A DNA stretch of 64,000 bases from Octopus vulgaris (Eukaryota), in assembly GCA_951406725.2 (NCBI GenBank), contig OX597823.1, positions 98,642,001 to 98,706,000 on the forward strand, read 5' to 3'. The notes beneath the pieces are model-generated. The model was not told where the DNA came from. It worked only from the letters and a program-made list of their open reading frames with translations, and made no database searches. Numbering within the stretch: position 1 is the stretch's first letter; each line of letters opens with the position of its first letter. Shown here piece by piece: positions 28,735 to 40,893 of the stretch. The translations under genes were made by a program, and so were the position numbers.

Positions 28735-28975
28735 TACCATTTTGACGGATATTTGTCTTCATCTTGTTTGTTGTCAACACAACGTTTCGGCTGATATACC
28801 CTCCAGCCTTCGTCAGGTGTTGGGGAAATTTCGAACCTGGGTTCTCATTCCTAAAGTATTTTTCGATGTTGTTGGTGCTGTTATTATTATTACTATTATT
28901 TGGGTCACTGCCTGGAATCGAACTCGGAATCTTGGGGTTAGTAGCCCTCACGCTTAACCACTACGCTATATACCC
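28735..28975 (-). mobile_element. tRNA-headed SINE carrying a hammerhead ribozyme (family H)
   Basis: Minus strand: GGGTATATAGCGTAGTGGTTAAG (A box)...GAGTTCGATTCC (B box), an (AAT)n linker, a body, then the HHR. Related copies at 29810-30010 and 44988-45181. Confidence 0.85.
28775..28822 (-). ncRNA. Minimal type-I hammerhead ribozyme motif
   Basis: CAACAC-CUGACGA-A-GGCUG-gaggguauau-CAGCC-GAAAC-GUU-GUGUUG: 6-bp helix I, 5-bp helix II, and a palindromic AACGUU helix III with no loop. Confidence 0.75.
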
Positions 28976-29809
28976 GATACTACTAACGACAGTAATAATA
29001 ACAACAGTATAAATATCTTTTTATCACTATAGTTAACAATGTTGACTATCGCAAGTGTTAGCAACAACGCTTCACGATTGCGTTAACAGCATTAGCATCA
29101 AATCTTCGAGATTACGAACAGACATGTCTGAGATTTCCCCTGTGTTCTGCTTTATTTTCGTTATGTCGCTGGCATATTTGTATTTCGTGTTCAACCTAAC
29201 CTGTCAGTATCACTATTAGCCTACGTCGACTACAAAAGTAATCTTTCGGATGTCGCCGTACAAAAGCGAATAATAGTTGGCTTTCGTTCGTTTCTCTCGA
29301 TAACAGTATCAGGGATCCCACTCAGACAACAGTCTTCTTTTATATGCCGCCGTTCTACTGTTTCTTTTGGTCTGAGGCGAAGTTTTATATTTAATCTGTT
29401 ATTCCATTCCTAATAATGACGTGTTTCAAATCTCTGAATCAACAACTTTATTTTTTATATATATTTTATTTTAGTTCCTTTGCTGTTCGCATGTGATATT
29501 ACAACTATTTCTAGTTTTGCCAGAATTACATCTCGTTGCTGAACAAATGTTTAATTTTCGAGAAAACTAGAAACAACTGAATTTTCCCCGAAAATAAATG
29601 AAGACAAATGATTACAGGTAATGTCTATGATATAGAAATATATTATTTCTTTATCTAAAAAAACAGCTTATCACCATTGATTATCTTTTTTGCGTGGATT
29701 CTGAATAATATTCAAAAGCAAAGTTAGATCTAAATACTAAAATGGGTATTATTATTATACGTAATGTAGTAAGCCAAGAAATCTTACCTTATTCAAAACT
29801 TTCTACAGT

Positions 29810-30010
29810 TCTATATTTAAGAGATGAGGAATTATGTACATTATTTACACTATTTACATTTGACAGATATTTGTCCTCATCTTGTTTGTTGTTAGCACAA
29901 CATTTCGGCTGATATACCCTCCAGCCTTCACCAGGTGTCTAGAGGAAATTTCGAACCTGGGTTCTCATTCCTTAGGTATTTTTCGATGTTATTATCATTG
30001 TTATTATTAT
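29810..30010 (-). mobile_element. Second family-H copy with mutated HHR core (29893-29940); tRNA head lost
   Basis: Nearly identical to 28741-28880, but the core reads CUGGUGA...GAAAUGUU. A different repeat begins at its (AAT)n linker. Confidence 0.85.
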
Positions 30011-30423
30011 TGAGTGAGAGAGCAGTGCATGCCATCAAAGTGACACTGGGGTAAAATATACGAAGCCCAGTATACCCATCATGACTACCTGTGTGATAAG
30101 GGTACACCAGGCACATGCATCACAACCATATGTGCGCGATATGGTGATCTGTTATCAAGATAAACAGCGCATGACCTTGCGGGTGGGGCCCAGATAGAAT
30201 TTTCTTCTGGTTGGGTAACCCATCCCACTCAAAAGGTCCCTGATTAAGGATTGTTTAAGGATGTTGAATGAAACGCCCAAGTTTCCAGAGGTGAATCATT
30301 CAAACCCCCAAAGAATCCCTCTCAACACATGGCTATGATGCTCCCCCACTACTTCTACTCGTGATCAGAGATGCACATATCGTCAGCCACTAAGGGACAT
30401 GCTCAACTGGTTACGGTCAAACA
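30011..30423 (-). mobile_element. ~540-bp interspersed repeat abutting (AAT)n (family D), truncated
   Basis: High identity to 39819-40355 and 40400-40893. Orientation is inferred from the (AAT)n tail. Confidence 0.8.
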
Positions 30424-30424
30424 A

Positions 30425-31655
30425 AACCTCGCTAAGCTAAGTATTTATTTATATTTAAGATCTTTAAATTTTAATATTTTATAAGTTGTATGGTATAATA
30501 TTATTGTTTTTTTATGTAAATATCATTGTTTATCAAATTATCGTAATTTTCTATATAATTATTAGATATTAACATTAAGTTTATTCGTAAGAATTTACTT
30601 AGCGATAGATATGTTGTTTGATAGCAAGTATACGAGTTGTTTTAAGTTAGATTCATGTATATACATGTATTAATAGCATTAATTGTAGTTTTAAATTTCT
30701 TATAATTATTATTTTAACTTATATATTGTCTTTTTAAATTGTTATTTGCTAGTTATATTATTCCCAGTATTTTAAATATAAGATTTTTGAAAGTTATTAT
30801 TTAGCCAACGAGATATAAAGATAGTTAATTTGCTATAGCGTTCGTTTAAGATTGTTTATTTGTATTTTTGAAATTAGCTACTTCATCTTTAAATATGAAA
30901 AATTAATTTATTAGGTCTTTATTATATATGCATATATTTATTTATAGAGATTATTTTAGATCTTAATTATAATATTTATATACATTTATATATTTTCATT
31001 GATAATTTATATATTATTTAAATTTTATATTTTAATAATATGAATAGTCATTTTTTTGTAAAATATTTATGTAATTAGATATTGATTATTACTGATATTA
31101 GATTATTGGTGGGTTTATTACCTTAAAAATTAATACTTAAAAATTAAAATTAATATTTAACATTATAATCGTTGTTTTGACATAATCATAATCGTTAAGT
31201 TTCTAGTTTTATAAGAAGAAAATTTATTATATTATTTATTTCTTTAAAAATATTGTTTAAATATTTCTAATTATTTATTAGAATATTACAATTAACCTGA
31301 ATATTGACTGTAACCATAATTCGAATTATTAATTGAATTTAAATTATTATTATTGTTATTCGAATTGGTTACGGGCATGAAACGATCTTTATCTTATATT
31401 AAACTTTTAATACTTTTTGACAGTTTAAAATTAAAAAAAAATAAATAAATAAATATAATACTATATTTATATATTTATTTATAATTTATAAGTTATAATT
31501 TAAATAATTTTTTAAAATTTTAACTTTAATTTAAATATTTTAATTGGATTTTTATATTTTATATTTTTTATATTTTTTAATTAATTTTATTTCTATGTAT
31601 TGGCTTATGATTTTCACTGTTTGATTTGCCTAATAGTGGTTTTATCTCTAATTTA

Positions 31656-31665
<10 letters not shown>
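30425..31665 (+). mobile_element. AT-rich PLE 3' region/pseudo-LTR with decayed hammerhead (31297-31390)
   Basis: CTGAATA-long imperfect helix (tgactgtaacc..aattcgaat/attcgaatt.ggttacgggca)-GAAAC-GATC-TTT. It ends 'gtggttttatctctaatttaata(TA)n', like 62850-62880. Confidence 0.5.
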
Positions 31666-31692
<27 letters not shown>

Positions 31693-31847
31693 AACAAAAC
31701 AATAACTTTCCTCAGATACGCCGCCACAGAGTTTAGGTTATATAAGAGAAGAAAAATGGATATAATAACAATGGGAAACTCAAAGTTTACGCTGGCATGT
31801 CTTTAATTAAATAGGTAACAAAAAAGTCAGAAGCAGAGATGAGGGTG

Positions 31848-31898
31848 GCATTGACGATCGTTTCGATTTACTGGTTTAAGTAAATCTCTTCAGAATGC
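31848..31898 (-). ncRNA. Canonical minimal type-I hammerhead ribozyme
   Basis: GCAUU-CUGAAGA-GAUUUACU-uaaacc-AGUAAAUC-GAAAC-GAUC-GUC-AAUGC: all core nucleotides present, perfect helix I (5 bp) and helix II (8 bp), palindromic loop III, GUC cleavage triplet. Confidence 0.9.
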
Positions 31899-32799
31899 GA
31901 GTATAGATAGATGCATTGGTTAGGATGCGAAAATGATTGATACATATGTGATGGTAATGTAAACAAAGGCAGTAAGTCTTACATTGAAACAACTTTGTTC
32001 TTGCACTGGTAAATTCGCTGGGTAGAGGTGTCACTGTGGTAGACTGGTTAGTTTCGTTGGGTAATTAGAGCGGGGTGAGTATTATTTAGCTGCGGGCTAC
32101 CTCGTTTAATTACGTACATTTTTCTCACGTGTTCATCTCGTATTATACGAGGTGTATATCATAGAATAGAGCGTCCACTGCTTTTGTTTTGGTTGCTTAG
32201 GGTTAGTGTAATCTATATTTTTAGAAATTAGAGGTGTGTAATATATATTTTATATTTTACAATAAAAATTGACTCGTATAAGCTTCGTTGGTTTGTTGCT
32301 TATAAGTTCTTACTGTCACTTTTTATGATGTGTATGTGTACAGAAAACGAAAGTGAAAGTTACCCGTTATAACAATTATTATTTTCTTTTTACCATAATT
32401 TGTATCTTTTTCCACCTCCATTTTCTTTGAAATTATTGTGTTTGAGGAGATATTCTTTCTGCTAAGCAACATAATCGGTGCTTTAGCGCCAACGATATTC
32501 TACCCTATAACTAAATTGTTTGTCAAACTGAAGTGAATGAATTTACTTCATATTTAAATGTCGATTTGCAAAAGAGACTTTTCTGCGTCTCCTAGTAGAA
32601 TATAGTAGAAATAATTTGAAATTGTCTGGTCATCAATGTCTTGTAGAATATACTAAGATTCATAGACAAAGTTTCAGATATCCTCACCAAAATCGATTTA
32701 TCGTAACCATTGACAGGCGGCAAATCGACGAAAGCACAACCAGACACAAACAAAATCAATTACCATAGATACCATTCTTCTTCTTCTTCTTCTTCTTCT

Positions 32800-32839
<40 letters not shown>

Positions 32840-34067
32840 TATAAGAGGTCCACTTATTATTTTCGAATAAATTTTTAATAAGGAAACGAACCCCGTTTCA
32901 TTATGTCCGCTGCCGTCTCTGTCATCATCGCCCCTTATCTTGGTCACTACTTCTGCCCTCGCTATTACCACTTTCATTGTTATCATCGCTGACACCGCCA
33001 CAGCAACATTGTAAAAGCTGCTGTAATTATTTCTGACGTCATTTCCGCCACAAGCACCGCCACTTGCCATTAACTCCATGAACCACACCAACTCCAACAC
33101 CAGCACCAACAAAGTTACCTGTGTTGTTCCCAACAGTGCCAGCGAATTCAATTTCCTATCGACTGTTTATAACTGAATAAGATTTATATTTCCAAAGATA
33201 AAATAGTCAAAGAATAAGGATGGCTTGCATCGTCATCGCAAGTTATGGAGATTCGCATGAATGGAATTCTTAGGCAGCAAGATTTAAATATTTATCAAGC
33301 AATGTTCTCCATAATGGATATTTCTAAAAATTGCTTCCAATAAAAATGAGAAATCGGAACCCGGATATTGAAAGGTCTTGAACATCGTCAGTCAATTTGG
33401 AAATAGTTAACAATGTAAACATTGTCCAACTAGAACAGGCGGAGAATCTAAATGAAATTTGGATTTTCACAGAGAAATAAGAAGATAGATATACTGAATT
33501 CCGTTTTATGATTTTATATCACTGGGTACGTGGTCGTTCTACTGTTCAAGCTGAGTTGACTAATATGTTTTAAATAAAGGGAGTCGATGTTCACAATACA
33601 GATTTTATAATCGCTTTCTCCTATAACATAAAGTGAAGACATTTCAGTAATTAACTGAGATGCTGAAAATAATATTTCTTATAGCTTATTGTATAACGAT
33701 GGAATAATTCAACTACTGAGTTCTAACACATGCATGGCCACAATTTTGAAAAGAGCCGTGCAGCTGATTATATTGATCCTGGCACTTGGCTAGTACTTTA
33801 TTTTACCGACCCTGGAAAAATGAAACGTGAATATGAGCTCGCTGTGATTTGAACTTACAACACAAATTGGCGTAGTTAAATGCTTTAAAAAACATTTTAT
33901 CGGTGTTTCAAGCAATTCTGTCAATTCACTTCCTTATAAATTCCATGTGATTATGAAACGGAAGCCCTGCCTTATGTACAAACGATGTCTATCGGTTCAT
34001 GCGCGAACCTGACAGGAAGATTAAAGGCCTGAGTATAACAAAGAAAGTATACTACTAAAACTGGCTG

Positions 34068-34489
34068 GGATCTTCTCGGTTTGGACGGCAGTTTTTAACA
34101 TAATTTCTAGGTAACTAAAAAATTTTAAACTTCGTATACTGGTAGAATGTGTTTATAAAACATCTTTTTGTCTTGGCTTTATTGAGAAAATTCTATAGTT
34201 TGTAAGATATTTGTTGTTTTTTTCTTCAATTTCTGCAATTTCAACCAATCACTGACGTCCATTGAGGTAAACAACATTCTGTGCCGTATGAATATGTCCC
34301 TCGTTTAAGAAACAGATTGGTTTTATTTACATTCGTGAAGAAAAAAAGATACCCTTCCCCCCACCCCTAACCCTAACCCTAACCCTAAAATAGATTGAAA
34401 TGCAATAGATCGATACTAGGGTCATAATTATGGGTGACAATTTCATATGACACCGCTAGAAAAAACTGCCGTTCAAACCGAAAAGATCC
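34068..34489. mobile_element. MITE (422 bp) with ~29-bp TIRs, near-perfect 8-bp TSD and internal (CCCTAA)4
   Basis: TIRs ggatcttctcggtttggacggcagttttt and aaaaactgccgttcaaaccgaaaagatcc. Flanks are actggctg and gctggctg. Telomere-type hexamers lie at 34365-34388. Confidence 0.9.
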
Positions 34490-34600
34490 GCTGGCTGTTG
34501 CTGAATGAAAATAGTTTATTGTTTCGGAGGAGAGTTTCTCTACTCACTTTTGTAAATTGCTGTATTGCTTATAAAGTTTTGGGTACTCCTACTTGACTTG

Positions 34601-35225
34601 GGCGGTGAGCTGGCAGAATCGTTAGCACGCCGGGCGAAATGCTTACTGGTATTTCGCCTGCCGTTATGTTCTGAGTTCAAATTCAGCCGAGGTCGACTAT
34701 GCCTTTCATCCTTTCGGGGTCTATAAATTAAGTACCAGTTACGCACTGGAGTCGATATAATCGACTTAACCCGTTTGTCTGTCCTTGTTTGTCCTCTCTG
34801 TGTTTAGCCCCTTGTGGGTAGTAAAGAAATAGGTATTTCGTCTGCCGTTACGTTCTGAGTTCAAATTCTACCGAGGTCGACTTTGCCTTTCATCCTTTCG
34901 GGGTCAATAAAATTAGTACCAGTTACTCACTGGGGTAGATGTAATCGACTTAATACCTTACCCAAAATTTGAGGTCTTGTGCTTCCCGTAGAAAGGATTA
35001 TTATTGTCATTATCAAGGCGGCGAGCTGGCAGAATCGTTAGCGCGCCAGACGAAATACTTAGCGATATTTTGCCCGTCGCTATGTTCTGAGTTCAAATTC
35101 CTCCGAGGTCGACTTTGCTTTCATCTTTTCGGGACGACATAATAAGTACCAGTTGAAAACTGGAGTCGATGTAATCAACTCATTCTCCCACCAAAACTGA
35201 TGTCTTTGTGGTAAAATTTGAAACT
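34601..35225 (+). mobile_element. Tandem family-A tRNA-derived SINE copies
   Basis: Heads 'ggcgg.gagctggcagaatcgttagc' at 34601 and 35017, B box 'gagttcaaattc', conserved core 'gtcgactttgcctttcatcctttcggggtc'. Confidence 0.9.
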
Positions 35226-35229
35226 ATTA

Positions 35230-35445
35230 TTATTATTCAGTAGTCTTATTTCTATAACATGCTTTCATTTCACTACCGAGCGCAGCTCTGTCGTTTGCTG
35301 TGATGCTCTTATTTTAACTATATTGAAAGTGTTTTACGTAGGATATGTGTAGTGCCTAGTCGTGCTATTTTCTGTATGTTATATATATTTGTTAGTCCTG
35401 GTGTCTTTGTTATGAATTTATCTGAATATTTTTTATCATGACTCA
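35230..35445 (-). mobile_element. 3' end of an R4/Dong-type retrotransposon
   Basis: 'PGLTNIYNIQKIARLGTTHILRKTLSI*', then a short UTR ending in (AAT)n. Confidence 0.7.
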
Positions 35446-35517
35446 TGCGCCCGCTATCATCATCATCATCATCATCATCATCATCGTCATCGTCATCATC
35501 ATCATCATCATCATTAA

Positions 35518-35700
35518 GACGGTGAGCTGGTCGAATCGTTGGCACGCCTACAAAACGCTTAGCGGTATTTCGCTCTGAGTTCAAATTCCGCCGGAGTCGA
35601 CTCTGCCTTTTACCCTTTCGGGTCGATGAAATAAGTGCCAATTATCCACTGTGGTCGATGTAATCCCCTCCCCAAAAATTTTAGACTTTGTAGAAAGGAT
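35518..35700 (+). mobile_element. Family-A SINE
   Basis: Same head and core as the 34601 copy. Confidence 0.85.
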
Positions 35701-36639
35701 TATTATAGTAGAAGGATTACTATAGTAGAAAGGATTATTATTATTATTATTGGTGTTGTTGCTGCTGCTGCTGCTTGTTTGTTTGTTTGTTTGTTGGTTG
35801 AGCGAAGCGGTCTTCGTCCAGAGTGGGAGAAGTCCGAAACGTGGTCCTTTGCTATTCGTAAGACCCGCAGAAGAGAAAGCAGGTCAACCCCCGACACCGA
35901 GAGCATCGACGGATGGATGAATGCGCATCCAGGCTCAGCGGTTGCGTAGGAAGTCGGGTGCTGCTGCTGCTGTTGTTGCTGTTTTTTTTTACTGTAAGCT
36001 CAGACATTAAACATTTCTCCTCCTCACTGCACACATTTTGCTGGTCGCTAATTTTGAATGCTTAAAGCAAGCAGAAATAACAACAAACCAGACTTGATTT
36101 CTTCTGAACAACTTACAAGAGCTTCTGCCGTAAATAGACTGTATCAGAAATGTATGTTGCTCACCATCCTACCATATTAAAACTCATTCAACTGTCATGA
36201 TATAATTGTTAGGTTAATCGGTGAATCACTCTCAAGATATTTCTCAGTCAAATTTTCACAGGAAAGTTCTCCGCTATTTTTTTTTTTGTTTCTTTGTTTC
36301 TTTGTTTTCTTGTCGTATATTTTGACTTGGATATGAATAAACACTGCATCTGCATTTTCGTTCGCCAAATTTGCTTTTTCAGTTCACTCACTGACAAGGA
36401 AAATTCACAACTAGTTTATACACGTAGATTTATTATAAGATAACCTAATTAGATCTTATACTAGAACGGCGGTAACATCGACTACGATTGGTAATATCCA
36501 ACTTCGACGTAGTTACCTTGTATATAATTCAGTGGACAACTGGTTCATTTCCATCGGTTGTGTAGATTTGGCTGTAACCGTACTCGATAGTAGAACATAG
36601 AACGGGACTCTCTGAAAGGCCTAACAAAGAAAATTACTT

Positions 36640-37050
36640 TGCATTTTTCTAGTAGTACAGTCTGCCTAATGATGAACCATGTCTCAAGCGGCTTGCTTCT
36701 CAAAATAGGTTGATCATGCTTGATGAATTAATTATTTAGATATAGTAGCTGTAGATTCCTCAATAGTCAGCGTAGGTATTTTCTTTTTCGTTGATCATTA
36801 GCTTTATGCTAACATCCACTGGGCAGCTGATTTCCCCAACTGTACACAGTTTCTCTTCTCTGTCCCAAATCACTATGTCAGGTCTATTATGTTTACATTT
36901 TATTGTGGTTTGTAGTGGGATATTCCACCAGTACTTCTTCTTATTATGAGTGGCTCTGGCTTCTACCATATTGTAGGTTCTTATTTCTTTGGCCTCGAGG
37001 TTATCCTTCCGACGGATCTCATACAGTGTCCTAGCTACAACATGATGTCT
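36640..37050 (-). mobile_element. R4/Dong-type restriction-like endonuclease fragment
   Basis: 'RHHVVAR.LY...WWNIPLQT..KCKHNRPDIVIWDREEKLC.V.EISCP.D....I.EKE..Y' gives the RH / PD..D..E..K signature. Confidence 0.85.
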
Positions 37051-37609
37051 CATTGGTAGAGCCACTCGTCAGAGGTGGTCTGTGGCGAATCTCCTATCAT
37101 TCTCAAACACGGGCGACCTTCACGACTGACGGTTCTACACACAACATCAATAATTACTATCCTTTCTACCATAAAAATAAAGAAGTGACGCGGGTCAGGC
37201 ATGCTGACTATCAGAAAATTGTAGAACACTTTTAAAAGATTGTTTATAATAAGCAAACATAAAGAGAAAAACTTCAACTAAATGTACATTTAGAAAAAGG
37301 CTGTATACTTTCATTCACACGATGCCAATGCATGCTCTGATTCTATAATGTGCATTCACATGCCCACGCATCACCTTATTCAAAGTAATACAAAAATAGC
37401 CTTTAATATATATTATGTATTTGTATGCATATAGACATATTGCACGCTCACACGTGTACACTCGTGCGCATTTACGTGCATGTATGCATGTACTCGCAAT
37501 ATGAGCAACTTTATGCGCATACATCAAGGTGTACATCCGCGCACGCATATATGTATGTATAAATATATATGTATATATATATATATATATATATACATAT
37601 ATGTATACA

Positions 37610-37672
<63 letters not shown>

Positions 37673-37674
37673 GA

Positions 37675-37713
<39 letters not shown>

Positions 37714-38339
37714 GACGGGCTTCTTCCAGTTTCCGTCTACCAAATCCTCAAAGCTTTGGTCGGCCAGAGGCTTATAGTAGAAGACAGTGGCCTAAGGTGC
37801 CGCGCATGTGCACACACACACACACGCACGCACACAAACACACACACATGCACGCACATACATGTGTCTACGCGCAGCTGCACGCACGCATACTCGCACG
37901 TACAGGATTCTTATTGCTTATCCTACCCACCTCGCTTTTCCCTTCGGCCTAGCATTCTTTTTCCTTCTACTCAATGACTGCTTAACTGCACCCAACTTAT
38001 TCCCATTTGGAACGATCTTCCCACTAATATTTTTATTGGTCATTTGACTTCGATTTTCTTTTTTCTTGTCCCTTTTCGACTGGCCTGTTGCGGCCAGTTT
38101 GATAGTTGCCAAGCGGCAACGTAATCAACGTAGAGGTAAGAAGGACTTGAAGTCCAGCCAAGTTAGTTTTGTGTTTGTTACAACTTATGTACTAAGCATC
38201 ACTTTGCTATGAAACGATCGTAACCTGTTCCCCTCCTTACTTTTTGGATCATTTGTCCTTTATATAAATTGTCAACATTTTCATCGGCACCACCTTATTT
38301 TTTTCTGACGATGCTGAATTATGTACATTTTATCTTCAT

Positions 38340-39200
38340 ACTTTTCTACATGAAATTCAGAGAAGGCATTGGGCTGAATGGTACGATTTTATTTGTATAA
38401 GATATACGTAAAAAGAGTAATGTGGAAACCTCTAGAAGGTTTTTGAAGATAGAGCTCAGATATGTATATGATATTGCCTTTATTGCTGCGTTCTGAGAAG
38501 AATTAAGGATTCTGATGAAGTGAAAGGAAAAAGTGATGAATATAGTTTATTCATTAATTTTGATAAAACTGAATCAATAATTATCTCCTGAACGATTGAC
38601 CAATATAATCCTATAACTGATAATCAAACTGTCAAAGTGGTGAATGCGTTTTGCCATCTTGGATGTATTTCTATAAATCAATGTGATGACAGCCTAAGAG
38701 ATAAAAAGAACTGCAATTGTAAAATACGCTGTTATCTGTTTTTACTCTGGGAAAATCTATTGATAGGTAACAAACAAACAAACAAACAAAAAAGACCAGG
38801 CTGAAATTGCTGTACACTTTGATATTTCCAATTGCAACATATAGAGCTGAATACTAATCTCTTAAAAAAAACTGTTTGAAAAAACAGAATTTTCCAAGTT
38901 TGATATTATAGAACCTTGTTAAGAATTTGCTAGATAGAAATAAAAATGACAAATCAATATGTATTGAATTGAATTGGAATTGAATGTGGCATTATAAACG
39001 AACTGGACAAGCAAAAACTTAAATATTCTGAACATTTCATATGAGCGGATGATCGACAAAAATGTTAAAACCCTACAAAAAAATATTGAAAACCCTAAAG
39101 AAAAAGTTGGGTTGATGACAAGCTTGATGATGCATCAATAAAGAAGAACAACAGAAAATATAAATAATAGAGAAGAAATGGAGGATGAGACACTCTCACT
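38340..39200 (+). mobile_element. Decayed RTE-type LINE RT
   Basis: Remnants 'RYVYDIAFIA..EELRILM', 'INFDKTES', 'VNAFCHLG', and 'RLKLLYTLIFPIATYRAE' (similar to TYG.E.W). Confidence 0.6.
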
Positions 39201-39329
39201 CCAAAGTTGGTAGTTCCATATACTGACGACTGAATCGTTCAAAGTGTGTAATACCTCCTGTTTCATTACTTTGTTTACACGTGGTATCCTATCACTTGTA
39301 AATACAACCACTTATACCAAAATTAAGTG

Positions 39330-39700
39330 TATAAAGATCGATAAATTTTAGTAGTAGTGTTTAGACAGTTATCCTTCAATAATTTTTCAGTTTGATTCGT
39401 ATTAATTTACAGCTCGTTTTTCTTCCTCTTTCTTAACGATCCTGGAATCAAACGGGCATGATGGGTCGTTAAGTAAGCAACTTCGCTTTTCCTTATCTAC
39501 AGTCATCATATCTAGTCTATTATTTTCTAATTTCTTGTCTGTTTGAATCGGAAAGTCCTACAAAATCTTACATTTCTTCAACTCCAGTATTCTTTCGACT
39601 CGATGATTGTACCATGTGTTTCCAGTTTCACATCCACGCCTCCCTTTCTGATATTCTTCCTGTGCCAACTTAGGGCATTCTGTCACAATGTGTCCAACTT
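39330..39700 (-). mobile_element. R4/Dong-type zinc-knuckle/RLE fragment
   Basis: 'HIVTECPKLAQEEY', 'DFPIQTDKKLENNRLD...DKEKRSCLL.D.SCPFD.RI.KKE.EK'. Confidence 0.75.
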
Positions 39701-39713
39701 TCTTCTTCTTCTT

Positions 39714-39793
<80 letters not shown>

Positions 39794-39818
39794 CATTATT
39801 ATTATTATTATTATTATT

Positions 39819-40355
39819 GAGCGGGAGAGCAGTGCATGCCATCAAAGTTACACTGAGGTAAAATATACAAAGCCCAGTATACCTATCATGACTACCCGTC
39901 TGATAAGGGCACGCCAGGCACATGCATCACAACCATGTGTGCACGACATGATGATCTGATATCAAGATAAACAGCACATGACCTTGTAGATGGGGCCCAG
40001 ATAGAATTTTCTTTTGGTCGAGTAACCCATCCCGCTCAAAAGGTCCCTGAATAAGGGTTGTTTAAGGATGTTGAACGAAACACCCAAGTTACCAGAGGTG
40101 AATTATTCAAACCCCAAAGAATCCCTCTCAACACACAGCTATGATGCTCCCCCACTACTGCTCATGGTCAGAGATGCACATATCGTCAGCCACTAAGGGA
40201 CATGCTCAACTGGTTAAAGTCAAACAACTGACAAGTAAATCTGTGGTATTGAGCAGAATATTTGCTGTAGCCCATCTTTTATGCCAAGACAAAACAATGT
40301 ACATGATAACACCTCCAATCAGTTAAGATCAGAAGCCACGAGAGCCACTGCCTGG

Positions 40356-40399
<44 letters not shown>

Positions 40400-40893
40400 G
40401 AGTGAGAGAGCAGTGCAAACCATCAAAGTGACCCTGGGGTAAAATATACGAAACCCAGTATAGCCATCATAACTACCAGTTTGATAAGGGTACACCAGGC
40501 GCATGCATCACAACCATATGTGCACGACATTGTGATCTGTTATCAAGATAAACAGCGCATGACCTTGCAGGTGGGGCCCAGTTAGAATTTTCTTTAGGTC
40601 GAGTAGCCCATCCTTCTCATAAGGTCCCTGAATAAGATTTGTTCAAGGATGCTGAACGAACCACCCATGTTTCCAGTGGTGAATTATTCAAACCGCACAT
40701 GGCTATGATGCTCCCCTACTACTCCTGCTCGTGATCAGACATGCACATGTCATCAGTCACTAAGGGACACGCTCAACTACAAGCAAATCTGTGGAATTGA
40801 GCAGAATATTTGACTGTAGCCCATCTGTAATACCAAGACATGCACATGATAACACTTCCAATCAGTTAAGATCAAAAGCCATGAGAGCCATTG
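39819..40893 (-). mobile_element. Two tandem family-D repeats separated by (AAT)n
   Basis: 39819-40355 and 40400-40893 are near-identical, and each abuts an (ATT)n tract. Confidence 0.9.

Noticed and set aside
28905-28975. tRNA gene
   Set aside because: A and B boxes are present, but there is no proper acceptor stem and it is fused to a repeated body, so it is a SINE head.
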